From IMG/VR virus record IMGVR_UViG_3300021963_007958: DNA of 64,000 nucleotides; one strand, 5' to 3'. A program made the position numbers and the translations under genes. How positions within the stretch are numbered: position 1 is the stretch's first letter; every line of letters begins with the position of its first letter. The notes beneath the pieces are model-generated. The model did not search any database and was not told the origin of the DNA. It saw only the letters and a list, made by a program, of their open reading frames with translations. Shown here one piece after another: positions 20,999-31,363 of this stretch. The stretch is from a virus.

Positions 20999-21675
20999 TA
21001 TTTCTTAAAGATGTCAAAATACTCCCCGAGTTTAATCTTGGTCCCCATTGTAATAGTTTCCTTGATTTCCTCTTCACTATATTTAGAATATGGAAGAACC
21101 CTAAAATCTATACTGATTCTGGTTTTCCCCGTATCGTTGATTTGGTTACCGTGGCTTAGATTTGCACCGTTCCAGATATAATATTCTCCGTAGTGTGCAT
21201 CCATAGGGGAAAAATCCCCGAGGTCTTCTTTACTTTCGGCCCAGATCGTATTATTCCCAATTGCATCTGTCAGTGGAAGGAAGACGTTAATTTCGTCCGT
21301 TCCGTGACTGTAGTCCTTGTCTTTATGGAATGCAGCAACGCCTAGATTATTGGGAACCTGAATTCTAAAAGTTGGTATTTTCTGATATAAAACATCTTCA
21401 TCAAATCTGGGAAAGATCTCTTCCTTTAAAAATTCCAGATATAGGTCAAAAAAGTTAGTCTCCCAAATCTTTTCATAGAATCTCTTATGAAGGTGAGTTC
21501 CTTGATCTGTTTCGATGGTTAAAATTCCAAAATTGCAGTCTTGGGATAAATGTATTTGTGAAAGGTCCTCTTCCGAAAAAACCTCAGTTAAGCATTCCCT
21601 TAACTTAATTTTAGTTAAATCAAAATTAAATTTTATTCTTCCTGCCTCTTTTATTTGCTCTGATAGATTATTCAT
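20998..21675 (-). CDS. 2OG-Fe(II) dioxygenase (StrG-like)
   Basis: PTFR, H.D...H, N..LPLT, HGN..N.TG.TR.S.DFR. Confidence 0.75.
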   Translation of the reverse strand: MNNLSEQIKEAGRIKFNFDLTKIKLRECLTEVFSEEDLSQIHLSQDCNFGILTIETDQGTHLHKRFYEKIWETNFFDLYLEFLKEEIFPRFDEDVLYQKIPTFRIQVPNNLGVAAFHKDKDYSHGTDEINVFLPLTDAIGNNTIWAESKEDLGDFSPMDAHYGEYYIWNGANLSHGNQINDTGKTRISIDFRVLPYSKYSEEEIKETITMGTKIKLGEYFDIFKK

Positions 21676-21678
21676 TTC

Positions 21679-22875
21679 TTACCATCCTTTCTTGATACAT
21701 TCAACAATATATTCTCTCTGTTCTGGAGTTACCCACCATCCACACGGGATGCAAATCATCTCATCTACCAATTTTTCCAAATCGGGTAATAGAGTTTTAT
21801 ATTCTGAAACACAAGAATGTTTATCGTTTCTTTCATGAACCCGGCTTACCATAATGTTGCAATCCCTCATATGATCCATGAATCTGTCTCTATTCTTAAC
21901 TTTGATAGTATAAATCCAATATGTAGACTGTCTATCTTCTTTACATTCCATCAGTTCCACCCCTTCTACTCCCCGTAGATTTTCATTATAGAAATTGGCA
22001 TTTTCTATGTTTTTTTCTAATAATTTTTCCGTCACTGTATGGAAGTTATTGATCCCAATCGTTGCATTAATGTCGTTCATGTGGAATTTAAATCCCCATT
22101 CTTTTATGTCATCTTCACATCTAAAATCTTTACTATTGGTCTCCCTATCAATACCATACCATCTCATTAGTTTCCCCCTGTCATATAGATCTTTATGAGG
22201 AACAACTAAAGCTCCCCCGTCCCCGGTAGTTAAATGTTTAATAGCCTGGAAACTAAATGTACATATGTTTCCGTGATTTCCAATTTTTTTTCCTTTATAA
22301 GTACTGCCGAATGCGTGAGCACAGTCTTCTATTATAGCAGGTTTAAATCCTATGATTTTGGAAGCTTGATATTGAATGTTTGATAATCTATCCAAGTCTA
22401 CTGGATATCCTCCCCAATGAACTACCATAATAGCCTTCGTTTTTGGAGTTATTTTTCTAGCCAAATCATCCAGATCCATATTACAAGTGTTTGGATCTAC
22501 ATCTACCCATTTTATTTTAAATCCATTAGCAAGAATTGGCCAGTTGGTAGCAGTACAAGTTAGAGGAGTCGTTAAAATTTCATCCCCGGGGTTTATCCCA
22601 GGCCAGTAGGAAGAATATGAAGCAACCCCATCTATAACAGAATTACTAGACAGAGGATTTTTTAGTAAATGTAGAGCTAAATGTTCTGCTGAAGTTGCGG
22701 CATTCGTCGTTAAAACTAAATAATTTCTAAAATAATTCTTCAGGAGAGTTTCAAACTCTTCTACTTTAGCTCCTTGGCCGATAAATCCAGAATATAAAAT
22801 TTTATTAACTTCTTCTCCTACTTTATCATCAACAAAGACTTTGAATAAAGGTATAATTTCTTTTGGCTTTTTCAT
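21679..22875 (-). CDS. DegT/DnrJ/EryC1/StrS sugar aminotransferase
   Basis: VHWGG, EDCAHAFG, FSFQAIKHLTTGDGG. Confidence 0.93.
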   Translation of the reverse strand: MKKPKEIIPLFKVFVDDKVGEEVNKILYSGFIGQGAKVEEFETLLKNYFRNYLVLTTNAATSAEHLALHLLKNPLSSNSVIDGVASYSSYWPGINPGDEILTTPLTCTATNWPILANGFKIKWVDVDPNTCNMDLDDLARKITPKTKAIMVVHWGGYPVDLDRLSNIQYQASKIIGFKPAIIEDCAHAFGSTYKGKKIGNHGNICTFSFQAIKHLTTGDGGALVVPHKDLYDRGKLMRWYGIDRETNSKDFRCEDDIKEWGFKFHMNDINATIGINNFHTVTEKLLEKNIENANFYNENLRGVEGVELMECKEDRQSTYWIYTIKVKNRDRFMDHMRDCNIMVSRVHERNDKHSCVSEYKTLLPDLEKLVDEMICIPCGWWVTPEQREYIVECIKKGW

Positions 22876-22876
22876 A

Positions 22877-23470
22877 TTATTTATTTTTAATGAGAGTCAT
22901 CGAAGGGAATTCAGAGAAAACTTTTATGTTTAAACCGGATTCATATTTAAAAAGAACCTCCCTAATCTTGGGTTTACTATACTTGATCATCCATTCACAA
23001 TTATCTCTTTCCTCGCTTCCTCCTTCCATGATTAAAATTCCATCTTTGCTTAGTAGAGGAAGAAGATTATTTATGCAGAATTCATATACCTTTCCGTCGT
23101 TTGCAACATCGACGTGAATGATATCAATTTCATTCCCAATAAAATCTGGAGAATTAAAAATATCTCCTTTATTAATTTTTAATCTGTTCGTAGGGACATT
23201 TGAATATTTATTGGAGATGTTTCCAAAATTTGCTGCATTGTAAGGAAAGTCCTCGAATAAGTCATAAGCTTCTATTAGACAATCTTCTGAGGTTGAATCC
23301 AGAAAACAATCTAATGAGTATCCGTCCAATATACCAAATTCTACTATCCTTTTGGGATCTTGGGCAAAACAAAGTGCTTTAAAAACTTTGGAGAATTTTT
23401 CTTGGTGGTAGGAACTCCTTCCTGAGAATTCTTTATCAGAATTCAATAAATCTATCTTGGTGAGCATCAT
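22877..23470 (-). CDS. class I SAM methyltransferase-like
   Basis: IVEFGILDGYS, YDLF, DIIHVD. Confidence 0.7.
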   Translation of the reverse strand: MMLTKIDLLNSDKEFSGRSSYHQEKFSKVFKALCFAQDPKRIVEFGILDGYSLDCFLDSTSEDCLIEAYDLFEDFPYNAANFGNISNKYSNVPTNRLKINKGDIFNSPDFIGNEIDIIHVDVANDGKVYEFCINNLLPLLSKDGILIMEGGSEERDNCEWMIKYSKPKIREVLFKYESGLNIKVFSEFPSMTLIKNK

Positions 23471-24110
23471 GCCATAAAATGTTTAACTTGTGAGGGTAGT
23501 CTTGATATGTATCGAAATAATTTAAGTCCATAAATTTTTTAAACTCATATTCGATAGATTCTTTTTCTTTGACCATCCGATCAAGATCTACAGATTCTAT
23601 GTATTTTTTTAGTTCTGTAGTTCCGATCATAAAAATTCCGGTGTAAAAATGATTATTTGGTTGATCTGGATAAAAAACCTTAAAAAGATTCCTAGGTGAT
23701 TCTAGACAATTTTCTAAGAAGTCCGAGGATTGAAGTAGAGTTCTAGGTTCAAAGTGAAAAAACCATTTAAATTTTTTTATTGTATCAAAGTGCTCCCTCC
23801 AGAGATCTATATCTCCTGCTCCTTTATTTTTTGATCCGTAGTAGTTCTTGTTATTAATCAAAATCTCCACATCGTTAGATAATAAAATTTCTAAAATGTG
23901 AGGGGGTAAATCCTCTTTCTTCTCGACTGTATTGTCTACAAAGAAAACCGAAGCTCTATTTTTAAAAGAAGACGAATCTAAATGTTCAAAAAATTTAATA
24001 AGACCCTTTGATATTTGATCTATCCTACCTTGACCTCTGTTCACAGCAATAGATACATCCCCTGGAGGATAAATAGCCGATCTTAGTTCGATAAAGATTT
24101 CTTTATTCAC
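23436..24110 (-). CDS. hypothetical glycan-island protein
   Basis: 224 aa within glycosylation cluster; DNT, NKG.G motifs. Confidence 0.6.
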   Translation of the reverse strand: MNKEIFIELRSAIYPPGDVSIAVNRGQGRIDQISKGLIKFFEHLDSSSFKNRASVFFVDNTVEKKEDLPPHILEILLSNDVEILINNKNYYGSKNKGAGDIDLWREHFDTIKKFKWFFHFEPRTLLQSSDFLENCLESPRNLFKVFYPDQPNNHFYTGIFMIGTTELKKYIESVDLDRMVKEKESIEYEFKKFMDLNYFDTYQDYPHKLNILWHDAHQDRFIEF

Positions 24111-24927
24111 CTAGTGTTCTTATCCATCTCTTTATACAAGCCTGAGGAGATAGAGTTTCGAGAATAAATTCTCGGGGTGAATATAAATTTAAGTTATTCA
24201 GAAAATTCAAAAAATCTGATGAATATACATCGGGTGAAGAAATCATCCCACACCTTTCATCGAAATAGGAAGCTGAAGTACATGGGAGTTCTTTACCGGG
24301 AAAAAGGCTATCCCAAGGACCTCCTTGTTCGTCCCTCAGGTCTTTAGCTTCTATAACAAAAACGGGAGTATTACAACTTAGGGTTTCTTGTAGTGCAAAT
24401 CCTTGACTTTCGTGAGTTCCGATCCAGATACAATAAGGAGCTCTAGAAATTGAGTGAAGGAAATTCTCCTCCTTATACTTCTGGGTATAGTCGAAAAAAT
24501 CAAAATCGATTGCAGAAAAAGAAGATCTAAATCCATCTAAAATTCCTCGATCTCTCCTCTTGAAGTAAATAACAGGTTTTCCTATCTTCTCTTGTGGACA
24601 GAATTTTCCTATGTCTACGGGGAAAGGCAGGGAGACAAATTTTTTATCTCCAAATAGCTGCTTAGTTAAATCTACTAACCAGGGACTAAGAGAATTAAAG
24701 TAGTAATTTTCTCCGGTCGGAAAAGAGGAAAGTCTTTCTAAACTAACGTGGGGACCGTAAATAATTTTCCTTTTTCCGCCCAATGGAGGACTAAAGGAGT
24801 CAGTGAACATGATCCAATCGTTTTCTGGGTCTTCAACACTCCACGAAAAATCTATTCCGTTCCCATTCATCAGATCTACCCCTATTTGATTTTTATGGTG
24901 GAGTCCCCCTCTAATTCCTATCCTCAT
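24103..24927 (-). CDS. putative GT-B glycosyltransferase
   Basis: ESQGFALQE.LSCN.P resembles the GT-B EX7E motif. Confidence 0.6.
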   Translation of the reverse strand: MRIGIRGGLHHKNQIGVDLMNGNGIDFSWSVEDPENDWIMFTDSFSPPLGGKRKIIYGPHVSLERLSSFPTGENYYFNSLSPWLVDLTKQLFGDKKFVSLPFPVDIGKFCPQEKIGKPVIYFKRRDRGILDGFRSSFSAIDFDFFDYTQKYKEENFLHSISRAPYCIWIGTHESQGFALQETLSCNTPVFVIEAKDLRDEQGGPWDSLFPGKELPCTSASYFDERCGMISSPDVYSSDFLNFLNNLNLYSPREFILETLSPQACIKRWIRTLGE

Positions 24928-24928
24928 A

Positions 24929-25549
24929 TTATCTTATATAGAAAGCATCCCCCCATTCGAAAGGAGTCATTTCGGTTTCAACTCTTTTAAATCCCAATTC
25001 TCCAAGAAAAGAATCTAAATCCTCTATAGAATCGTTGTTTTTATAGACCTCTCCCGAATTAATCTCCGTATAGATGTATTTGATATTTTCTAGGTATTTT
25101 CCAAATCCCTTGAGAGCTTGAAGTTCTACTCCTTGAATATCCAGATTTACGAAATCAAAATCTTCTGGATTTATTTCATTTTTTTCTAGAAGAGAATCTA
25201 CTCTTGTGGTTTTCATTTTTCTAGATTCAACAAAGTCCACATGTGGGTGATATTCCCGATGTTTACCAAATTCTAGAATAGACGAGGACTGGAGATTATT
25301 TGTGATGTTGAAATCAACCTCCTTTCCATCTTCAGAGTAAACAAGTCCAAAGAAGAGCTTTTGAGATTCCCCATCTACTCTATGGAGATTTCTGGAGACT
25401 AAATCCGGATTTCCTTCAACCCAAACTATTTTTGAAACCCCTCGGGAAAGATATTGTCCCATTTCTTCCAGTTCGTGGGCTCCTATGTGAATTATACCTT
25501 TTGGGATAAATTGATATTTTTGACAGAGGTGAGAAAATTCTATTAACAT
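24929..25549 (-). CDS. FkbM-family methyltransferase
   Basis: HIGAH, SSSIL, LDIQG.EL..LKG, TE.N....Y, WGDA.Y. Confidence 0.9.
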   Translation of the reverse strand: MLIEFSHLCQKYQFIPKGIIHIGAHELEEMGQYLSRGVSKIVWVEGNPDLVSRNLHRVDGESQKLFFGLVYSEDGKEVDFNITNNLQSSSILEFGKHREYHPHVDFVESRKMKTTRVDSLLEKNEINPEDFDFVNLDIQGVELQALKGFGKYLENIKYIYTEINSGEVYKNNDSIEDLDSFLGELGFKRVETEMTPFEWGDAFYIR

Positions 25550-26241
25550 TGTGCTTGTTTATTTCTAATTAAAATGTCCATGGGGGTAAGAGGTAATCTT
25601 TTTGCATTGAAGTTACTGGACGAATGAATTCTATGGTAAGTTAGACCCTCTTGTATATTATAAAAAGTCTTTCCTTTGTGAACCATCTTAACCCAAACGT
25701 CATAATCTTCTAGTCCTTCTACAGCTGGATCCCATCCTCCAACTTCTCTAAAACAATCCGTTTTGACAAAGCATGAAGAATTTATGATCTGATTGTGTCC
25801 TTCTAACATCAGATGGGAGATAACTTCATTAGTTTCATATAAACTTATTCTATGACCCGGACGATTGTCTTCATCTATGTAAGTTGTTAGAGTTCCAATC
25901 ACATCCGCTTCTTCTAATCTTTTTACCTGTCTTCTAAGTTTATCCGAGTGCCACATATCATCTCCATCGATTAAACAGGTTATTTCAGTCTGAACTTCGC
26001 TTAACATCTTATTTAAAGTGATGGATTTACCAGATTCCATCCCATAGTCAAGATCAGAAAATCTAGAATCATTACCAACAAGATCTTTGAATATGTCTTT
26101 GCTTCTATCCTTTGTCCCGTTAAATCCAACCAGACATTTAAATTTTGAATATGATTGGTTCTTTAAGCTTTCTAAACAGTGGCTCAAATATCTCTCGTCA
26201 TTATGAACCGGTAATAATATAGTTATTAGATCTTTTCCCAT
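25543..26241 (-). CDS. GT2 glycosyltransferase
   Basis: LPVHN, DGDD.W...KL..Q, EDYD.W, HRIH. Confidence 0.88.
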   Translation of the reverse strand: MGKDLITILLPVHNDERYLSHCLESLKNQSYSKFKCLVGFNGTKDRSKDIFKDLVGNDSRFSDLDYGMESGKSITLNKMLSEVQTEITCLIDGDDMWHSDKLRRQVKRLEEADVIGTLTTYIDEDNRPGHRISLYETNEVISHLMLEGHNQIINSSCFVKTDCFREVGGWDPAVEGLEDYDVWVKMVHKGKTFYNIQEGLTYHRIHSSSNFNAKRLPLTPMDILIRNKQAQC

Positions 26242-27062
26242 CCCTCACAGTAAATTTCGCTTGCGTCTTTATTAATTGCTGGACCAAACCATCTAGATGG
26301 AGCAATTACTTTTTTATCGATTTTAGTATTTAACCAAGCTCCCCACCAGCTATAAGAAGAATTTGCAATAATGTGATGGTCACACAAAGTCATAATTCTT
26401 AGATCTGAATAAGGGCTTCCACTATTCACAAAGATAAATTGATCCCCTTTGAATTCCTCCCTGCACCAGTCAACATCATCAGAAAAAACCAAAAATCTAA
26501 TTTTATCGGATCCAAATTTTCCCATAGAAGACTGGTAATAGTCTTTTGAACATACCGGGTGGTGGTCTGGATATAGTGTATAATCACCTCTTCGGATATG
26601 AAGAGAGACTTTTTGATATTTGGGATCTATTTTAGAAATAAATTCCTGAGCAATACTTTCATATTCCTCCTTGAATTTTAGGATGGAAAGAAGAAGATCC
26701 CTGTCCTCTTTGAAATATCTTTCGTCCTGGAAATACCCATAAAGATCCGTGTTTGGAGGAAGAGCTAAAACTTCAGGATTAAATTTAAAATCTCTTTCTT
26801 GATAAATCGCCGAAGGTTTAATTTCTTCCATCGATTTAAAATACCCCGATGGGATATCAAAGCAGTCCAATAAGTCACACTTCACGTTCATCATCTGACC
26901 AGTCTTTGGATCTATTGGCCCATTTGACATAAATCTAGAGCAGTTTTCTATTGGAAAAGATACTTCATATCCTCTTTTCTTAGATATACCAACTGCTGAA
27001 GAAAATTGAAATAACTGATTTCCTAGTCTTCCAAGATAACCTATGCTTCTGAAATAAATCAT
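26226..27062 (-). CDS. alpha-1,2-fucosyltransferase (GT11)
   Basis: GRLGNQLFQ, GYFQ, HIRRGDY, FSDD..WC, NSSYSWWGAWL. Confidence 0.95.
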   Translation of the reverse strand: MIYFRSIGYLGRLGNQLFQFSSAVGISKKRGYEVSFPIENCSRFMSNGPIDPKTGQMMNVKCDLLDCFDIPSGYFKSMEEIKPSAIYQERDFKFNPEVLALPPNTDLYGYFQDERYFKEDRDLLLSILKFKEEYESIAQEFISKIDPKYQKVSLHIRRGDYTLYPDHHPVCSKDYYQSSMGKFGSDKIRFLVFSDDVDWCREEFKGDQFIFVNSGSPYSDLRIMTLCDHHIIANSSYSWWGAWLNTKIDKKVIAPSRWFGPAINKDASEIYCEGWEKI

Positions 27063-27132
27063 CTTAGTCCTATAGAAGAAATATAGACCATTGTTTCGAA
27101 ACTATGACGAGTAATTATCTATAATATTAGAA

Positions 27133-27804
27133 ATGAGTGAAAAATTAGCTATCGTAGTTCCGTATAGAGACAGAGAAGAACATCTAAAAAAGTTTCTACC
27201 TGCCATGAAGAGGTGCGATTTTCTTGACGGAATAGATTACGAGATTCTAATAGTAGAACAAGAAGAGGGTAAACCATTTAATAGAGGTAAGCTTTTAAAT
27301 ATCGGAGCAATACAGTCACACACGGCAAGCTACTATTGCTTTCACGATGTCGATATGCTTCCTATGGTTTCGGACTATTCATACGTTTCTACCCCAACAC
27401 ATCTGGCTGCAGAAGCAGAGCAGTTTGGATTTAAACTTCCGTATCAAGGATATTTTGGTGGTGTTACTTTGTTCGATAAACACTCTTTTATTAAAGTGAA
27501 CGGATACTCTAACGACTATTGGGGATGGGGAGCAGAAGATGATGATGTAATGTTTAGATGCCTAGTGAATGACGTTAAACCATCTCGGAAGAACGGAAAA
27601 TACAGATCTTTAGATCACAAAAGAATTATTCTACAGGATCTCTACGAAGAGAATCTTAAAAAATATTTCGAGTTTAAAAATGCCCCAAACAGGGAGAAAA
27701 TTATAGAGGACATTAAGTCGGATGGATTGACAACTCTTGAATATGAAGTTTTAGAGGAAAGAGATTTAGAAGATAAAGTGAAACTCATAAAAGTAAGAAT
27801 TTAA
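27133..27804 (+). CDS. beta-1,4-galactosyltransferase-like (GT7)
   Basis: IVVPYRDR..HL, FNRG.LLN.G, FHDVD, YFGGV, NGYSN.YWGWG.EDDD. Confidence 0.92.
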   Translation: MSEKLAIVVPYRDREEHLKKFLPAMKRCDFLDGIDYEILIVEQEEGKPFNRGKLLNIGAIQSHTASYYCFHDVDMLPMVSDYSYVSTPTHLAAEAEQFGFKLPYQGYFGGVTLFDKHSFIKVNGYSNDYWGWGAEDDDVMFRCLVNDVKPSRKNGKYRSLDHKRIILQDLYEENLKKYFEFKNAPNREKIIEDIKSDGLTTLEYEVLEERDLEDKVKLIKVRI

Positions 27805-27837
27805 GATATATAGGACTTTAAAAGAAGTCCAAAGAAA

Positions 27838-28395
27838 GTGCTATCAATTAAAGGAGTAGATACCGGAAACAGGCTAGTTATTTTTGATCTAGATGATACA
27901 TTGGTTACCACTGATGCAAAGATTAAAATAGTAGACAGAAAAACTGGAAAAATCATCAAAGAGATGACTCCCCAAGAGTTTAACACATTCGAGTCTAAGT
28001 CCAGGAGACACATTCTAAACTTTGAAGATTTCTTAAGTCCCGAGATTTTAAGACAGGGAAAATTCATTCATGAAATTTTTAACAAGCTCAAGAGTTACTA
28101 CAAAAGAGGAATTCCAGTTTCGATTGTTACTGCTAGAAGCTCTTCTGACTTGGTCAGAGACTTCTTTCTGGACCAGGGAATAGATATACATCCTCAGCTA
28201 GTAATAGCAATCAACGATCCCCAGTATGAATACAAGGGAAGTGTTGCTGAAAGAAAACAAGAAGCAATTAGGGACTTGATAGACCTTGGATTTAAACATC
28301 TAACTTTCTTCGACGATAGCGAAGATAATCTTAGACTAGCCAAAGAAATTGAAGGATATAAAGGGTCAACTATTAAATTAATTAAAGTAGACTAG
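27838..28395 (+). CDS. HAD-superfamily phosphatase
   Basis: FDLDDTL, VTAR, K, FFDDSEDN; GTG start behind GATATATA (27805-27812). Confidence 0.8.
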   Translation: MLSIKGVDTGNRLVIFDLDDTLVTTDAKIKIVDRKTGKIIKEMTPQEFNTFESKSRRHILNFEDFLSPEILRQGKFIHEIFNKLKSYYKRGIPVSIVTARSSSDLVRDFFLDQGIDIHPQLVIAINDPQYEYKGSVAERKQEAIRDLIDLGFKHLTFFDDSEDNLRLAKEIEGYKGSTIKLIKVD

Positions 28396-28613
28396 AGTCC
28401 ACTTCTTAGATCATCTAGAGATCTAGGAATTGTAAGTCTTAGGTGTTCTAAATTTTTATCTAGAATTTCAGGGCTCACCTGCCTGGTTAATATCTGAACA
28501 GTTTCTAGAACTCCAAGAGCAAATCCCAATTTACCTTTTAAAAGAGCATTCTCCTCTAAAAGTTTAATTTCTCTATCGGAGAGATTTTCTCCTGTGGATT
28601 TATTTTTTGTCAT
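28392..28613 (-). CDS. hypothetical protein
   Basis: 73-aa ORF. Confidence 0.55.
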   Translation of the reverse strand: MTKNKSTGENLSDREIKLLEENALLKGKLGFALGVLETVQILTRQVSPEILDKNLEHLRLTIPRSLDDLRSGL

Positions 28614-28662
28614 AGTGAATATAAATTATCTATTCAAGAGACAAAAAATTCAAAAATTTTAA

Positions 28663-28986
28663 TCAGAATAGGGACTTAACGTGTCTTGCAGCAACATCAA
28701 AAACAGAATTCTTTGCATCTGTCTTCGGCCAATTACCGGCAAAAGCTAACATTTGTGCAGCTTTAGCCTGAATATCCTTCTTTGGAACTACATTCTTTCT
28801 TTCAAGAGCATGAACTAGATCTTCGGCTAGTTTTCTTCCACTCTTATAAACGTCTGAAATTTTCTTATCTTCTGGTATATCTAGAAGTTCGTGCATCAGA
28901 TTCTTTCTGATACCGGACGTGTCGATGTCTTTTTTTGACTCGTTCAAATCTTGAACAAAGTCCCCATAAGATGATAAGTTTTTCAT
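28663..28986 (-). CDS. small putative internal head protein
   Basis: CTS-like MKNLSSYGDFVQDLNES; directly downstream of bS21. Confidence 0.55.
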   Translation of the reverse strand: MKNLSSYGDFVQDLNESKKDIDTSGIRKNLMHELLDIPEDKKISDVYKSGRKLAEDLVHALERKNVVPKKDIQAKAAQMLAFAGNWPKTDAKNSVFDVAARHVKSLF

Positions 28987-28989
28987 TGA

Positions 28990-29190
28990 TTAGTTATTTT
29001 TTTCTTCCTGGTCCCTGCGGAACTGCTGGTATTTTGCCTTTCTAATCTCCTCTCTTCTAACTACAGATTTTTTTACAAATTCTTGTTTTTCAAAGAGTTG
29101 CTCTCTAGTTTTATTCTTGGTGAATTTATACTTCAATTTCTTGAGAGCAGAGTCTAGTGACTTTTCTTTCTTTAGGTCAATTATAATCAT
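28990..29190 (-). CDS. rpsU: ribosomal protein bS21 (Bacteroidota-type)
   Basis: MIII..K...LD.ALK..K.KF......L.....F.K.SV.RR.EI.KA.Y.Q pattern, 66 aa. Confidence 0.88.
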   Translation of the reverse strand: MIIIDLKKEKSLDSALKKLKYKFTKNKTREQLFEKQEFVKKSVVRREEIRKAKYQQFRRDQEEKNN

Positions 29191-29207
29191 GGTTTTATAT
29201 ATCCAAT

Positions 29208-31316
29208 TTATTCTTCTGATTTAGGATTAACTATTTTTACCTTTACCGGGGGTTCAGATTCTTCGTCTTTCTTCGGGTCGAATGATAGTGTGATCTTAGA
29301 TCCAATTTCTACTTTTTTAGATACAACCAGTTCTGCAATAGTGTCTTCCACATATTTCTGGAGAAGCCTACGGAGAGGTCTAGCCCCAAATTTGGGATCA
29401 TATCCCTTTTCTGCAATCTTCTCTTTTAAATCCTTAGTAATTGTTAATTTGTATCCAATCTCCTCGAATCTAGGGGTCATCTTCTTAATTTCTACGTCGA
29501 TGATTTTAATTAGATCTTCCTGCGTTAGAGAATTGAAGTAGATAATCTCATCCAATCTGTTAATAAATTCCGGCGGGAACATCTTTTCGAGTTCTTTTCT
29601 AATTGTGTTCTTAGTTTCCTTTTCCCTCACATCCTCTCTCTGTGCACCAAATCCAACTCCTCCTCCAAATTCTGCAGCCTTCCTTTGACCTACGTTTGAA
29701 GTGAGAATAATTAGACAATTCTTAAAGTTAATTTTTCTTCCTAGACCATCTGTTATGGTTCCTTCGTCTAGAATTTGAAGGAGTGTATTAAAAATATCAG
29801 GATGTGCTTTTTCAATCTCGTCAAATAAAACAACCGAATATGGTTTTCTTCTGACTTTTTCTGTTAACTGTCCTCCTTCTTCGTGTCCAACATACCCCGG
29901 AGGAGCTCCGATCAATTTAGTTGAGTTAAATTTTTCCATGTATTCTGACATGTCAACTCTAATCATTGCATCAGCATCTCCAAAAATTAATTTAGCAAGT
30001 TCTTTAGCAAGCTGAGTTTTACCAACCCCAGTAGGACCCAAGAAAACAAAAGAACCGATTGGTCGGTTTGGGTCCTTAAGACCGATCCTATTTCTAAGAA
30101 TTGCTTTAGTTATTTTTTCAACTGCTTCGTTTTGACCAATGACTCTAGATTTTAGAGTGTCAGCCATTACTGCAAGTTTATCGTTTTCATTCTGACTGAT
30201 CTTCTGCAAAGGAATTCCGGTCATCATAGAAACTACCTCTGCAACTTTTTCTCCGTCTACAATCTTTCTTTTCTCCTTGATCTTCTTCTCCCAGACTTCC
30301 GTTTCCATTTCAATTGAGACTTTAATTTTTCTCTCAAGGTCTCTAAATTTAGCAGCTCCTTCATAGTCCTGTCTAGCAACACAGTCTTTCTTATCTGCAG
30401 TTGTTTTTTCTAAACTCTTCTCTAGGGCAATTAGAGCATCTGGAACTTTAACCTGAGTAAGCTGAGATCTGCTGCCTGCTTCGTCTAGGGCATCCAAAGC
30501 CTTGTCCGGAAAGTTTCTGTCTGTGATATACCTTTCTGTTAGTTTAACACAGTTTATGATCGCATCCTCTGTGTATTCAACATTGTGGTGTTCCTCATAT
30601 TTAGACTTGATATTGTTCAGGATTGTGATCGTCTCTTCCGTGGTAGGTGGTTCGATTAGAACTTTCTGAAATCTTCTTTCCAAAGCACCATCTTTCTCAA
30701 TGTATTGTCTATATTCATTCAGAGTTGTTGCACCAACACATTGAAATTCCCCCCTTGCAAGAGCAGGTTTAACCATGTTTGAAGCATCCAATGATCCGGA
30801 TGATCCTCCAGCTCCGACCAAGGTGTGGAGCTCGTCGATGAATACAATTACATCCGGGTTCTTTTTAAGTTCCTCTATAATTGCTTTCATTCTCTCCTCA
30901 AACTGACCTCTATATTTAGTTCCTGCCACGATCGAACCCATGTCTAAACTAACTACTCTTTTGTTGAGTAGGTTTCTAGAAACCTTTCTCTGAACGATCC
31001 TAAGGGCTAGCCCTTCTGCGATAGCAGATTTACCAACTCCAGGATCTCCGATTAGAACAGGATTGTTCTTCTTTCTCCTTGCTAAGATCTGAGAAACTCT
31101 TTCGATCTCAGAATCTCTTCCCACAATAGGATCTAATTTTCCTCCTGCTGCAAGAGTTGTTAAATCTCGGCTGAAGGAATCCAGTGCGGGTGTGTTAGAT
31201 GAGGTTGGGTTTGATCTGTAGATTGGGGTGTCGTCTCTGTCATCGTCGTCATCGTCCATTCCCATTGCTCCGTTGAGGATTTTAGGAAAAATTTCTATTG
31301 GGTTCTCTCTCTTCAT
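29208..31316 (-). CDS. clpC: ClpC-type AAA+ unfoldase lacking the N-terminal Clp repeat domain
   Basis: [18 protein letters not shown] motif ([11 protein letters not shown]), [12 protein letters not shown] ClpP-docking loop, GARPLRR. Confidence 0.9.
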   Translation of the reverse strand: MKRENPIEIFPKILNGAMGMDDDDDDRDDTPIYRSNPTSSNTPALDSFSRDLTTLAAGGKLDPIVGRDSEIERVSQILARRKKNNPVLIGDPGVGKSAIAEGLALRIVQRKVSRNLLNKRVVSLDMGSIVAGTKYRGQFEERMKAIIEELKKNPDVIVFIDELHTLVGAGGSSGSLDASNMVKPALARGEFQCVGATTLNEYRQYIEKDGALERRFQKVLIEPPTTEETITILNNIKSKYEEHHNVEYTEDAIINCVKLTERYITDRNFPDKALDALDEAGSRSQLTQVKVPDALIALEKSLEKTTADKKDCVARQDYEGAAKFRDLERKIKVSIEMETEVWEKKIKEKRKIVDGEKVAEVVSMMTGIPLQKISQNENDKLAVMADTLKSRVIGQNEAVEKITKAILRNRIGLKDPNRPIGSFVFLGPTGVGKTQLAKELAKLIFGDADAMIRVDMSEYMEKFNSTKLIGAPPGYVGHEEGGQLTEKVRRKPYSVVLFDEIEKAHPDIFNTLLQILDEGTITDGLGRKINFKNCLIILTSNVGQRKAAEFGGGVGFGAQREDVREKETKNTIRKELEKMFPPEFINRLDEIIYFNSLTQEDLIKIIDVEIKKMTPRFEEIGYKLTITKDLKEKIAEKGYDPKFGARPLRRLLQKYVEDTIAELVVSKKVEIGSKITLSFDPKKDEESEPPVKVKIVNPKSEE

Positions 31317-31363
31317 AATATTCTTTTATTATAGATAAAATTCCCAAAAAGTATTCGTTCAGT

